Numbered from the stretch's first letter, positions 18,528 through 30,108 are shown. The stretch is 64,000 bases of DNA from Thermoleophilia bacterium (GCA_025934995.1 JAICWC010000001.1:759-64758); one strand, 5' to 3'. Program-made: numbers and translations. The notes: generated from the letters alone by a model not told the origin.

Positions 18528-18958
18528 AGCAGCAGCCCGGCGAGCGTCTTGAGGTCCTCGATCTCGCTCAGCAAGGCCGGAATCTCGCTCACCGGCCGGC
18601 GCACGATGCGAACGTCTTCGCCCTCCTCCGGCTCGGCCTCGCCCTCCTCGAGCCCGGTGGCGACGAAGAGCGTCATGTGCTCGCGGACGAAGCCCGGCGT
18701 GGTCCACGCACCCGCGACCTCCCGCCACTCTCCGCCGTGCAGCCCGCACTCTTCCTGCAGCTCCCGCTGCGCGGTCTCGAGCGGCTCCTCCCCATCCTCG
18801 CGAACGCCGGCCGGCAGCTCGAGCAGCCTCTTTCGAGCAGGCCGGCGGTACTGCTCCACGAGCACGACGCGGTCCTGGTTGTCGACCGCGACGATCGCGA
18901 CCGAGCCGGGATGCACGACGATCTGCTTCCCGTTCTCCTCGACGAGCTCTACGAGCAC
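18485..18958 (-). CDS. NUDIX hydrolase, ADP-ribose pyrophosphatase-like
   Basis: HPGSVAIV, EQYRRP, LLELPAG...AQRELQEECG Nudix box, TTPGF. Confidence 0.88.
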   Translation of the reverse strand: MLVELVEENGKQIVVHPGSVAIVAVDNQDRVVLVEQYRRPARKRLLELPAGVREDGEEPLETAQRELQEECGLHGGEWREVAGAWTTPGFVREHMTLFVATGLEEGEAEPEEGEDVRIVRRPVSEIPALLSEIEDLKTLAGLLLYQALQEANDTKRP

Positions 18959-19692
18959 AGCTCCTCCACGAACGCGCGCTGCTCGGGTGTGAACCACGGC
19001 GGCTCGCCCGCACGTGCGTTCTCCGCAGTCCGCTCGGGCTTCGAGGTGGCTGGGATGACGACGTCGACGCGTTCGTCGGAGAGCGCCCACTTGAGGAGCG
19101 CCTGGGGCCACGTCTCGACGCCGAGCTGCTCGAGCGCCGAAGGGTCGACGCGCTTCCGGGCGAGCGCACCTTCGGCGAGCGGCCGCATGACGATCACGGC
19201 GACACCGAGCTCCGCGGCGAGTGGGAGAAGCTCGTCTTCGACTTCGCGTTCGTGCGGGTTGTACGGCAACTGCACGACATCGAAGCGCTTCGTGCGCAAC
19301 GCTTCGGCCAGCTCGGGAAACGCGCCGGACGCGTAGTGCGTGACCCCGAGCTTCCCGTCGTGCGCCGCTTCGAGCCACTCCAGATGCTCGCGCCAAGCCA
19401 CGAGGTTGTGTATCTGCTCGATGTCGACGCGCCCGAACCATTCGAGCTGGCGGCGGTACTGCTCCTGCCCTTCGTCGACGGTCGGCGCCCAGATCTTCGT
19501 CGCGACGACGCCGCGGCGCTGCAACGCCCGGCCGAGCGACTGCTCGGCGCCGCGGTACATCGGCGACGAGTCGAACAGCCGCACGCCGGCGTCGAGCGCC
19601 GCGTCGACAACCTGCTGCGCGAGCGGCGCGTCGCCGCCGAACGTGTTCCACGTTCCCAGTCCGACGACCGGGCCGAGCCGGCGCTCCTCCAT
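18949..19692 (-). CDS. Aldo/keto reductase (compact)
   Basis: GLGTW, FDSSPMY, ATKIW, QIHN, QLPYN, IPATS. Confidence 0.88.
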   Translation of the reverse strand: MEERRLGPVVGLGTWNTFGGDAPLAQQVVDAALDAGVRLFDSSPMYRGAEQSLGRALQRRGVVATKIWAPTVDEGQEQYRRQLEWFGRVDIEQIHNLVAWREHLEWLEAAHDGKLGVTHYASGAFPELAEALRTKRFDVVQLPYNPHEREVEDELLPLAAELGVAVIVMRPLAEGALARKRVDPSALEQLGVETWPQALLKWALSDERVDVVIPATSKPERTAENARAGEPPWFTPEQRAFVEELCS

Positions 19693-20801
19693 CAACCCTC
19701 GAGCGCCTGCTCGACGAGCGCGAGCGTGACGTCGACCATCGCTTCGAGGTCGGCAACCGAAATGTGCTCGTTCGGCGTGTGGATGTCGGCCATCCCGTTC
19801 GCGAGATTGACGCAACGCCTTCCGTGCTCGTTGAAGACGTTCGCGTCGGCGCCACCGCCCGACAGCGCGTACGAGACGTCATGGCCGCACGCCGACAGCG
19901 CCTGCGCCGCGAGCCGAACGGCATCGTCGCTCTGCTTGAAGCGATAGCCCAGATAGCTCTTGCGCAACTCGGTCTCGACCTCGCAGTCGGTCGACGTCGC
20001 CGCGAAGCTGAACGCGTCGAGCATCTCCTGGACGAAATCGCGCAGCTTGTCCTCGTCCTGGCATCGTGCCTCGGCGAGGAACGTGCACCACTCCGGGACG
20101 ATGTTGCCGGCGGTGCCGCCTTCGATCACACCGACGTTCGCCGTCGTCACCTCGTCGACCCGGCCGAGGCGCAGGTCGGCGATCGCCCGCGCCGCAGCCT
20201 GGATCGCGGAGCGTCCCTCCTCGGGGAACATCCCCGAGTGCGAGGCGCGCCCGTGGAAGCGCACCTGCATCGATTGCGACCACGGCGCGCCGAGGATGAT
20301 CTCGCCGATCGGCGCGGCCTGGTCGTAGACGTAGCCGACGTCGGCGTGCAGGCGGCTCTGGTCGAACGCATACGCGCCGATCAGGCCGACCTCTTCCATC
20401 GGGGTGAAGAGAAGCTCGATGCCGGCGTGCGGCCGGTTCTCCGCGAGGACGCGCCTCGTTCCCTCGAGCATCGCGGCGACCGCGGACTTGTTGTCGGCGC
20501 CGAGGATCGTGCCGCCCGCGTTCCGCACGACGCCTTCGTCGATGACGGGCTCGAGCGGCCCGGACGGCGGAACGGTGTCGAGATGCGCGCAGAAGAAGAG
20601 GGGCGTTCCAGGGGCGGTCGCCTCGATCCTCACGTAGACGTTCCCCATCGTCGAGCCGATGCGTGCGCCGCAGTCGTCCTCGTCCGGGCTGAGGCCGAGC
20701 TCGGTCAGATAGCGCAGGACGACCTCGGCTGCGGCGCGCTCCTCGCCCGGCGGCGTGGGCAGAGCGGCGAGCTCGAGGAACAGATCGACGACCTCGGACA
20801 C
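19692..20801 (-). CDS. M20 family metallopeptidase (peptidase T-like)
   Basis: AHLDTV, LGADNK, EEVGL, SHSG, GGGADAN, IHTPNE. Confidence 0.9.
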   Translation of the reverse strand: MSEVVDLFLELAALPTPPGEERAAAEVVLRYLTELGLSPDEDDCGARIGSTMGNVYVRIEATAPGTPLFFCAHLDTVPPSGPLEPVIDEGVVRNAGGTILGADNKSAVAAMLEGTRRVLAENRPHAGIELLFTPMEEVGLIGAYAFDQSRLHADVGYVYDQAAPIGEIILGAPWSQSMQVRFHGRASHSGMFPEEGRSAIQAAARAIADLRLGRVDEVTTANVGVIEGGTAGNIVPEWCTFLAEARCQDEDKLRDFVQEMLDAFSFAATSTDCEVETELRKSYLGYRFKQSDDAVRLAAQALSACGHDVSYALSGGGADANVFNEHGRRCVNLANGMADIHTPNEHISVADLEAMVDVTLALVEQALEG

Positions 20802-20826
20802 GGACGGTGATCGTAGAATCAGGGAC

Positions 20827-21180
20827 GTGACCGGGGTCGCAGAGGGGCTGATTCAGACTGCGCTGCTGGGCGAGGCCGTCGACGCGGGCCCCGCGCTCGT
20901 CTTCGTCGCCGACGAGGACATGAAGTACCTCGCTGTCAGCCGATCTGCATGCGAGGCGCTCGGTTATTCGCGCGAAGAGCTCCTGAAGCTGCGCGTGACC
21001 GACGTCGCCCGCGAGCAGTCGGTTCCGCAGGAGTACGACGAGATGCTGGCCCGCGGGGCGCGAGACGGCGTCGCCACCTTGACCCGGAAGGACGGGTCGA
21101 CCCTCACGCTCCGCTACCGCGCGACCAAGACCACCGTCGCCGGTCTGCACCTGTTCGTCTCGATCGGATTCGTCGAGTAA
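20827..21180 (+). CDS. Stand-alone PAS domain protein
   Basis: VFVADEDMKYLAVSRSACEALGYSREELL...LTRKDGS; no output domain. Confidence 0.8.
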   Translation: MTGVAEGLIQTALLGEAVDAGPALVFVADEDMKYLAVSRSACEALGYSREELLKLRVTDVAREQSVPQEYDEMLARGARDGVATLTRKDGSTLTLRYRATKTTVAGLHLFVSIGFVE

Positions 21181-21184
21181 GGCG

Positions 21185-21790
21185 TCAGGGAGTGACGGTG
21201 GCCTCGAGGAGCCGCCAGCGCTGCCCGGTGCCCTCGCGAACCGCCGTGACGAACATGCCGAGCCGGCCCTTGCGGCCACGTGGGCTGTACGCGACGACGA
21301 GCATCTGGTGCAGCCTGTGGTCGCGCAGGTCGAACGCGGGCGGCGGCCAGCGTCTCAGCGCCGTCACGTTGCCGTGCGGGACCGTGCGGACCCACCACCG
21401 CACGACGGCTTCCGGCGTCTTGAACGACGGCCGCTTCATCGTGCCGGGCTCGTAGACGCGAAGCCGTTCGTCAGCACGAACGTGGAGCGATCCGACGCGC
21501 AGCTCGATCGCGTACACGCCGCGCAGCGCAGGAGCCGGCAGGCGGCCGCGCCACACGTTTCGCTGCAAGGTCAACTTCGTCCACGGAAGCTGCTTGCCGA
21601 GCTCGGTCGTCGCGCCGACGACCCGAACGTCGAGTGAGGACGACGTGATGCCGGTCACCCGGATCCAGGCGCGCTGGTGCAGCATCGTGACCCGTGGCTG
21701 CAACGTGAGCTGAGGCTGGGAGTCGGCGCTCACGAACGACGGGGCGAACGCGAGAACCACGATTCCGACCAGTAGTGCACACCGGAGCAC
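21185..21790 (-). CDS. Hypothetical secreted protein
   Basis: Signal-peptide-like N-terminus; 201-aa ORF directly downstream of pyrG with a GAGG RBS. Confidence 0.65.
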   Translation of the reverse strand: MLRCALLVGIVVLAFAPSFVSADSQPQLTLQPRVTMLHQRAWIRVTGITSSSLDVRVVGATTELGKQLPWTKLTLQRNVWRGRLPAPALRGVYAIELRVGSLHVRADERLRVYEPGTMKRPSFKTPEAVVRWWVRTVPHGNVTALRRWPPPAFDLRDHRLHQMLVVAYSPRGRKGRLGMFVTAVREGTGQRWRLLEATVTP

Positions 21791-21804
21791 GGTGTGCCTC
21801 CTTC

Positions 21805-23445
<1,641 letters not shown>

Positions 23446-23466
23446 GGGATGTCAAAGTAGCAAGCC

Positions 23467-23859
23467 TTGCGGATGCTCCGAGTCGCCGCCGTCGCCGTCG
23501 TCGAGGACGGCCGCCTCCTGCTCGTGAGCAAGCGCGCGGCTCCGGACGTCTTCTACCTCCCGGGCGGCAAGCCGGAAGCGGGCGAAAGCGCTGAAGAATG
23601 CGTCCGCCGCGAGGTGCGCGAAGAGCTCGGCGCCGACCTCGCCTCGCTCGAGTTCGATCACACGATCCATGCGCCCGCCGCGCTGGAGGGCGTGCCGATG
23701 GCGATGGACGTCTTCCGCGCCGAGCTCGTGGGCACGCCGAGCGCGGCCGCCGAGATCGCAGCGATCGCCTGGCATCGGCCCGGCGATCCGCTCCCCGGCC
23801 GGCTCGCGCCCGCGATCGAGGCCCTCTACGCCTCGGCGCCGGTCTGGATGAGGTCGTAG
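23467..23859 (+). CDS. NUDIX hydrolase
   Basis: LPGGKPEAGESAEECVRREVREELG Nudix box. Confidence 0.88.
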   Translation: MRMLRVAAVAVVEDGRLLLVSKRAAPDVFYLPGGKPEAGESAEECVRREVREELGADLASLEFDHTIHAPAALEGVPMAMDVFRAELVGTPSAAAEIAAIAWHRPGDPLPGRLAPAIEALYASAPVWMRS

Positions 23860-24242
23860 AGCCGTCCGAGGGCGAGCCGCGGGAACGACCGGGGCACCAT
23901 CAGGAACGGAGCGTCGATCGTCAGCCTCGCGCGCGTCCGCCCCTCGCGCGCCTCGAGCTCGATCTCGGCGTCGAGCCGCTGCCCGGTCAGCTGGAATGCC
24001 AGTCGCCGCATCGGCACGACGTCGAGGACGAGCAGGTTTCCGGCCGCGTCGGGCCGGCGGAGGAACGTCGGCCGGTCGGGCCCGAGCACCTGCCACCGCG
24101 CGCCGGGGGCGACGCCCCGGCGGTCGGGCTGCACGCCGGAGATCCCCGGCCACCAGTCGGGCAGGTGGAACGGCTCCGCGAGGAACGCCCAAACGTCCTC
24201 GACGGGCGCAAGGAGCGTGCGCTCAGCCGCGAACCGTGGCAA
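23826..24242 (-). CDS. SRPBCC (START/polyketide cyclase-like) family protein
   Basis: RTLLAPVEDVWAFLAEPFHLPDWWPG; TTG start overlaps the recN end. Confidence 0.75.
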   Translation of the reverse strand: MPRFAAERTLLAPVEDVWAFLAEPFHLPDWWPGISGVQPDRRGVAPGARWQVLGPDRPTFLRRPDAAGNLLVLDVVPMRRLAFQLTGQRLDAEIELEAREGRTRARLTIDAPFLMVPRSFPRLALGRLYDLIQTGAEA

Positions 24243-25809
24243 GGAACTCCTGCCCGCCGAGCATCCGCTCGAGCTCCGCCTTCCGCTCGAGGTCGCCGAG
24301 CTCCTCGATCCGTGTGTGCGTCGGGTCGCCCGCAACCTTCTCGACGCGGAAGTGCCGGTCGGCGAGGGCTGCGATCTGGGGCAGGTGCGTGATCGTGATC
24401 ACCTGCGCGCGCTGCGCAAGCCGCTGGAGCACCCGGCCGACCGCGTGCGCCGTCTCGCCGCCGATGCCGGCGTCGATCTCGTCGAAGACCATCGTGTCGC
24501 CGCCTGCGACGACTGCGAGCGCGAGCGCGATGCGGCTCAGCTCGCCGCCCGACGCGGTCTCGGCCGCCGGTGCGAACGGCAGCCCGGCGTTCGGCCGCAC
24601 GAGAAACACCGCCTCGTCGCAGCCGGTGATTCCGAGCTCTCGCTCAGCCAGCTCGCACCGCAGCTCGCCGTCACCCATCCCGACGTCGCGCAGCTCAGCC
24701 GACACGGCGGCCGCGAACGAGTCGAGCGCCGCGGTGCGCGCCGCGCGCAGCCCCGCTGCAATCTCGTCCATCCGGGTTTCGGCGGCCGCGAGCCCGGCGG
24801 CTGCGGCGTCGACGGGGTCGACGCCGCCGTCGAGCGAAGCGAGCTCGACGCGAGCCTCCTCGGCGCGGCCGATCAGCTCGTCGTAGGTGTGGCAGCGGAA
24901 CCGCCGCTTCGCCTCGGCGATCCGGTCGAGCATCGCCTCGAGCCCCTCGAGTCGCGCCGGATCGCCTTCGAGCGACGCGAGGAAGGAGTGGAGCTCGGAC
25001 GCCGTCTCGCGCAGGCGGAGCTCGACGTCGCGCAGGTCGTCGCCGGCGCGCTTCAACTCGGGTGCAAGCGATTCGAGCGGCGCAACGGCCCGCTCGGCGA
25101 CGGCGACGAGGCCGGCAGCGCCTTCGCCGTCGTCGGGCGCAAGCGCTGCCGCTGCAGCCGCGGCTCCCTCCGCGAGCTCCGCGACGTGCCTGAAGCGCTC
25201 GCGCTCGGCGCGCAGCGCGTCCTCTGCACCCGGCTCGAGACCGTCCGTGTCCTCGACGAGCGCGCGCAGCTCTGCCAGGCGCGCCTCCGCAAATGCCGCG
25301 TTCGCCGTCAGCTCGTCGTACCGCTTCCGCGCGGACGCGAGCTCGCGCCACGCTGCCCGTGCCGGTTCCCGGTCGATCCCCGCGAAGCGGTCGAGCAGCT
25401 CGAGCTGATACGACGGCCGCGCCAGCCGCCGCTGCTGGAACTGGCCCGACATCGCCACCACGGCCTCGACGGCGTCGGCGACGTCCTCGCGCGCGGCGGC
25501 GCGCCCCCAGGCGTACGCGCGCGTCCGCCCGTCGCCGAAGACGCGGCGCGCGACGAGCAGCGCGTCCTCCCCCTCCGGCCGCAGATCCCCGAGCGCATCG
25601 GAATCGAGCTCGGCTTCGACGTAGGCCTCGGCGGCATGCGGGCCGACGAAGCCGTCGTCGCCCTTCGCCCCCAGCAGGAGGCCGACCGCCTGCGCGAAGA
25701 TCGTCTTGCCGGCGCCCGTCTCGCCCGTGATCACGTTCAGGCCGGGCGCGAAGTCGAGCGCCGCCTCCCGGATGAGGACGAGGTTCTCGATACGAAGCCG
25801 ACGGAGCAC
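24223..25809 (-). CDS. recN: DNA repair protein RecN
   Basis: ITGETGAGKT Walker A, coiled coil, ASGGELSR, FDEIDAG, ITHLPQIA. Confidence 0.93.
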   Translation of the reverse strand: MLRRLRIENLVLIREAALDFAPGLNVITGETGAGKTIFAQAVGLLLGAKGDDGFVGPHAAEAYVEAELDSDALGDLRPEGEDALLVARRVFGDGRTRAYAWGRAAAREDVADAVEAVVAMSGQFQQRRLARPSYQLELLDRFAGIDREPARAAWRELASARKRYDELTANAAFAEARLAELRALVEDTDGLEPGAEDALRAERERFRHVAELAEGAAAAAAALAPDDGEGAAGLVAVAERAVAPLESLAPELKRAGDDLRDVELRLRETASELHSFLASLEGDPARLEGLEAMLDRIAEAKRRFRCHTYDELIGRAEEARVELASLDGGVDPVDAAAAGLAAAETRMDEIAAGLRAARTAALDSFAAAVSAELRDVGMGDGELRCELAERELGITGCDEAVFLVRPNAGLPFAPAAETASGGELSRIALALAVVAGGDTMVFDEIDAGIGGETAHAVGRVLQRLAQRAQVITITHLPQIAALADRHFRVEKVAGDPTHTRIEELGDLERKAELERMLGGQEFLATVRG

Positions 25810-25830
25810 AGACGGAAGGCTAGAGACGGC

Positions 25831-26643
25831 CTAGGACGCGAATGTCTCGCGATAGCGCCGGAAGAACGACGTCTCCGGCAACGTCGCGAGCAGGGTCCGC
25901 GCCTCGCACAGGTAGACGTCGGCCGCCGCGCCGGGGGCGATCTCGGCCGTATGGTGGCCGTCCACGAGGAGCGCGCAGGCGACGTCGGCCGTCTGGTTCC
26001 TGATCGTCAGCGTCCGGCCGCGCGGGACGACCATCGGCCGCGCGTGCAGCGAGTGCGGGGCGATGAACGTGATCGACATCGCATCGAGCCCGCGCACGAG
26101 GACCGGGCCGCCGTTCGAGAGGTTGTAGGCGGTCGAGCCGGACGGCGTCGCGCAGATCATCCCGTCGCACGGCACGACACCCAGGTCCTCCCCGCCGATC
26201 GACCATCCGAGCTCGACCATCCGGCCGAGCGTCGAGCTCGTCGCGACGACGTCGTTGACTGCGACGTGCGTCTCTCCGCCGAGCGCCACTTCCAGCGTCG
26301 GCAGCTCGTCGACCTTGTACTCGCCGGCGAACACGCGCTGGAGGCCGTCCTCCAAGTCCGCGGGCGAGATGGACGCGAGGAAGCCGACGCGGCCGAAGTT
26401 GACGCCGATCACCGGCACGCCGCTGCCGAGCAGATGCGCGAGCGTGCGCAGGATCGTTCCGTCGCCGCCGAGCGCGACGGCGAGCTCGGCGTCGCGCGGC
26501 TCCTCGACGACCGTCACGCCTGCGCTCTCCGCGACGGCGCGAACGCGTTCGACGGCGTCGTTGACGTCGACCCGGCCGTGCGCGACGATCGCCGCCGAGC
26601 TAACCGGCTGCGACTGCTGCTGCGATTCGCTCGTCGAGGTCAT
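25831..26643 (-). CDS. nadK: NAD kinase
   Basis: GGDGT, GVNFGRVGFL, VND, ATPSGSTAYNLSNGG. Confidence 0.93.
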   Translation of the reverse strand: MTSTSESQQQSQPVSSAAIVAHGRVDVNDAVERVRAVAESAGVTVVEEPRDAELAVALGGDGTILRTLAHLLGSGVPVIGVNFGRVGFLASISPADLEDGLQRVFAGEYKVDELPTLEVALGGETHVAVNDVVATSSTLGRMVELGWSIGGEDLGVVPCDGMICATPSGSTAYNLSNGGPVLVRGLDAMSITFIAPHSLHARPMVVPRGRTLTIRNQTADVACALLVDGHHTAEIAPGAAADVYLCEARTLLATLPETSFFRRYRETFAS

Positions 26644-27370
26644 CGGGGAGGGTCGGGGTCTTCGACTGCACGAGGTGGAGGAAGAACTCCCGGTTTCCCT
26701 TCGGGCCGGGAAGACCGGAGTCTACGACGCCGACGACGCTCGACCCCCAGGCGAGCGCGGCATCGGCGACCTCGCGGAGAACGCGTGCGCGCGTTCCCGG
26801 CTCACGCACGACGCCGCCCTTGCCGACGTCCGACCTCCCGGCCTCGAACTGCGGCTTCACGAGCACGACGGCCTGCCAGCCGGGGGCGGCGAGTCGCAGT
26901 GCCGGCGGCAGTGCGATGCGCACCGAGATGAAGGAGACGTCGCACACGACGAGCTGCGGCGCGAACGGCAGCTCTGTCAGCTCACGCGCGTTCACCTGTT
27001 CCATGACGATCACGCGGTCGTCGCCGCGCAGCTTCTCGTGCAGCTGGTGCGTTCCCACGTCGACCGCGATCACGCGCGTTGCGCCGCGCTGCAGCAGGAC
27101 GTCGGTGAAGCCTCCCGTCGACGCACCGACGTCGAGGCAGTCGAGCCCCGACGGATCGACCCGGAGCCGGTCGAGCCCGTGCGCGAGCTTCTCACCGCCG
27201 CGCGAGACGTACGGCTGCTTTCCCCTCACCGTCAGCTCGATGCTCTCGTCGACCTGGGTGCCGGGCTTGTCGTAGCCGGGGACGAGGCCGGCCATGACGA
27301 GGGCCTGCGCCTGCGTGCGCGATTCGGCGAGCCCGCGCTCGACGAGCAGGACGTCGACCCGCTTCTTCAT
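26600..27370 (-). CDS. tlyA: TlyA family rRNA 2'-O-methyltransferase
   Basis: MKKRVDVLLVERGL, YVSRGGEKL, DVGASTGGFTD, DVSFIS, VKPQFE. Confidence 0.93.
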   Translation of the reverse strand: MKKRVDVLLVERGLAESRTQAQALVMAGLVPGYDKPGTQVDESIELTVRGKQPYVSRGGEKLAHGLDRLRVDPSGLDCLDVGASTGGFTDVLLQRGATRVIAVDVGTHQLHEKLRGDDRVIVMEQVNARELTELPFAPQLVVCDVSFISVRIALPPALRLAAPGWQAVVLVKPQFEAGRSDVGKGGVVREPGTRARVLREVADAALAWGSSVVGVVDSGLPGPKGNREFFLHLVQSKTPTLPDDLDERIAAAVAAG

Positions 27371-28029
27371 CGCGTCGAGCAGACGTAACGGGCGTACACG
27401 CGCGACTCGGAGTGCCAGGCCTCGTCGATCCGAAAGCCGGCGCGCTCGAACATCGCCTCGAGCAACCATGAGAACGTGCTGAACTCCGTGCCGACGTGCG
27501 TCTCCAATTCGGCGCGCGTCCAGCCGTCGGCAGCGTCGGCGGCGGCAGTGGCGTACCACGCCTCGAGCGCGTCGTCGGCTTCCGCCGGCTCGAACGAGTA
27601 GACGAGATCGCGGAGGACGAGGACGCCGCCGGGCGGAAGGATCCGCGCGATGCGGAAAAGCGCGACCGCCTTCCAGAAGTCGGGCAGGTGGTGCAGCGCA
27701 TTGCGTGAGTAGACGAAGCCGGGCGCGTCTCCCGCGTGCTCGTAGGTCAGGAAGCCTGCTTCGACGCACTCGAGCCCACGGCCTCGCGCGCGTTCGAGCA
27801 TCGCCGGCGACGGGTCCACGGCGACGACGCGTCGTGCGAGTGGTGCGACCGCCTGCGCGAAGAGGCCGGTTCCCGCGCCGAGATCGATCACCGTGGAACC
27901 GCCGTCCAGGCCGAGGCGCTGCAGCAGCTCCACGTCCTCGCCGACGTCGAAGCCGGCCTTGCGGTCGTAGCCCGCGACGTACGACGGATCGAGATGCTCC
28001 GCGCCGGCCAGGTCGCGCTCGTCGATCAC
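27367..28029 (-). CDS. Class I SAM-dependent methyltransferase
   Basis: IDLGAGTG, VDPSPAM, NALHHL. Confidence 0.85.
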   Translation of the reverse strand: MIDERDLAGAEHLDPSYVAGYDRKAGFDVGEDVELLQRLGLDGGSTVIDLGAGTGLFAQAVAPLARRVVAVDPSPAMLERARGRGLECVEAGFLTYEHAGDAPGFVYSRNALHHLPDFWKAVALFRIARILPPGGVLVLRDLVYSFEPAEADDALEAWYATAAADAADGWTRAELETHVGTEFSTFSWLLEAMFERAGFRIDEAWHSESRVYARYVCSTR

Positions 28030-28760
28030 GGGGCGATCCCCCACCGCGCGTCGAAGACGTCGCCCGGCTCGAGTCGGATCACGTCCTCGCCGGTGCGAAA
28101 CGCGTCCTTGCGGCACGTCATCGGCTCGACGGCGATCGCCCGCCGCGCGACGTCCGGCCGCGTGTCGCCGGTGTAGAGCTGCACCCACTTCCAGTTCGCG
28201 TCCCCCCACACGGTGACGTCCCCGATCCCGATCTCGCCGCCGAAGCGCTCGGCATCGTCACGCTCCACGCCCGGGCCGAAGACGTCGTCGGCATGGCGTG
28301 CGATGTACGGGTGGAAGCCGGCGCCGAACGGCGCTGCACGGTTGCCGACGTTTTCCGCGACGCACCGCACCGCGAGCCCGTCGTCGCCGAGCTCGTACTC
28401 GATGCGCGATCGCACGGCGAACGGATAGCCCGGCGAAGGCGGCAGCAGGCACTGCAGCGCAACACGTGTCGACGTCCGCTCGACTGCCTCCCATGGGAGC
28501 CAGCGAACGAGACCGTGGATCGCGTACGGCGGCTCGTTGAGCGGCAGCTGATACGACTCGCCGTCCCAGTCGTATTGCCCGTCCTGCACCCGGTTCGGCC
28601 ATGGGATCAGCACCTGACCGCGGCCAGAGTGCGCCATCTCGTCCGCGGCGTAGCCGTCGAGGACGCCCGCCCACTCGCGCAGCCCGGCGCCGACCTCGGT
28701 CACGAATACGCGCGTCGAGCGGTGACGCAGCTCGAACTGCGCTCCCGACGGCGGAATCAC
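28026..28760 (-). CDS. Aldose 1-epimerase family protein (compact)
   Basis: LIPWPNR, AIHGL, GFHPY, AVEPMT. Confidence 0.85.
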   Translation of the reverse strand: MIPPSGAQFELRHRSTRVFVTEVGAGLREWAGVLDGYAADEMAHSGRGQVLIPWPNRVQDGQYDWDGESYQLPLNEPPYAIHGLVRWLPWEAVERTSTRVALQCLLPPSPGYPFAVRSRIEYELGDDGLAVRCVAENVGNRAAPFGAGFHPYIARHADDVFGPGVERDDAERFGGEIGIGDVTVWGDANWKWVQLYTGDTRPDVARRAIAVEPMTCRKDAFRTGEDVIRLEPGDVFDARWGIAP

Positions 28761-29533
28761 ACGGTGCGGACCGCGAGCGAGTCGACGATCTCGCGCAGCA
28801 CGCTCGTGTCCGCGTCGACCTCGGCGAGCCGAGCGCGGCACCGCTCGGCGGCCTGGTCAGCCAATGCACGTGCACCGTCGACGCCGCGCTCGACGACGAA
28901 GCCGTCGTCGTCGAGGATGTCGTCGACGACCTGGAAGAGCATGCCGAGCTCGTCGCCGAAGGCCCGCCACGGCCCCTGCTCGTCCTCCGGCACGCCCGCC
29001 GCCCACAATCCCATCGCAATCGACGCAAAGAAGAGGCAGCCCGTCTTGAGGCGGTGCACCGTCTCGAGGTCGGCGCCCTCGACCATGGTGTCGAGGTACT
29101 GGCCGCCGATCATGCCGAGCGTCGCCTGCGCGAGCTCGCGCGCGACGTGCGCGGTCTCGTACCGGCTCGCGAGCCGGAACGCCTCGGCAAGCATCGCGTC
29201 ACCGGCGAGTAGCGCAGGCCCCTCGCCGTACGCGGCCCAGACCGTCGGCTTCCCGCGCCGTTCGTCGTCGTTGTCGAGCGACGGCAGGTCGTCGTGGACG
29301 AGCGAGAAGTTGTGCACGAGCTCGATCGCGAGCGCGGCCGGCAGCATCTGTTCGACCGAGGCGCCGTTCGCCTCGCCGGTCGCGAGCGTCAGCACCGGCC
29401 GGACGCGCTTGCCGCCCATCTCAACGGCGCCGTAGCGAACCGACTCGGCCTGCCCGTGCAGCTGCGGCCAGAGCGAGAGCCGCTCGAGCTCGCTCTCGAC
29501 GAGCGCCTTCAGCTCCTCAGGACTTTGCGGCAT
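28757..29533 (-). CDS. ispA: Short-chain polyprenyl diphosphate synthase (IspA-like)
   Basis: GGKRVRP, SLVHDDLPSLDNDDERRG, GQYLD, KTG, FQVVDDILD. Confidence 0.85.
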   Translation of the reverse strand: MPQSPEELKALVESELERLSLWPQLHGQAESVRYGAVEMGGKRVRPVLTLATGEANGASVEQMLPAALAIELVHNFSLVHDDLPSLDNDDERRGKPTVWAAYGEGPALLAGDAMLAEAFRLASRYETAHVARELAQATLGMIGGQYLDTMVEGADLETVHRLKTGCLFFASIAMGLWAAGVPEDEQGPWRAFGDELGMLFQVVDDILDDDGFVVERGVDGARALADQAAERCRARLAEVDADTSVLREIVDSLAVRTV

Positions 29534-29729
29534 CGGCCTCCGCCGCGCGCTTGGCGCGCTCGAGCTCTTCCTCGACACCCTTCGCCAGCTCCGACAGCTC
29601 GCCGAGCAGCTCGAGCGCGCGATCCGGCGAGCCCCCGCCCTCGGCCGCGAGCTTGTCGAGCTCGCCGCGCGCCGCCTCGAGCCGCGCGAGGAGCTCCTCC
29701 GCCCGATTCAACGAATCTTCGGTTGCCAC
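29517..29729 (-). CDS. Small helical protein, possibly a divergent exonuclease VII small subunit (XseB-like)
   Basis: 70-aa acidic helix-loop-helix protein in the xseB position between nusB and ispA. Confidence 0.55.
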   Translation of the reverse strand: MATEDSLNRAEELLARLEAARGELDKLAAEGGGSPDRALELLGELSELAKGVEEELERAKRAAEADAAKS

Positions 29730-30108
29730 TACGCAGCCTCCCTATAGATGCGATCGAGGATGCCGTTCACGAGCCGGCCGGCCTCCCGGGTCGAATAGTG
29801 CTTGGCGAGGGTGACAGCCTCGTCGATCACCGCGCGCGGCGGTATCTCGCCCACGTCGAGCTCGTGGATTGCGATCCGGAGGATGTTGCGCTCGACCGCT
29901 CCGAGCCGGTCGGCCGTCCAGCCGGACTCCTCGGCCGCGGCCGTGATGCGCCGGTCGAGCTCGGCCGCGTCGCGCACGACCGCGTCCGTCACCTGCTGCG
30001 CGTACGCGTCGATCTCGCCCTCGTACAGCTCGCCCGGAGCACGGTCGGTGACGTCCCACTGGTAGAGGAGCGTCAGCGCCGACTTGCGGGCATCGCGGCG
30101 GCTCACGG

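Noticed and set aside
24217..26931. 904-aa + strand ORF, and similar long ORFs such as 13201-15102, 21775-23460, 35328-37334, 44952-46646 and 54153-55829
   Set aside because: They lie opposite well-identified genes, have no motifs, and are expected from stop-codon scarcity at high GC.
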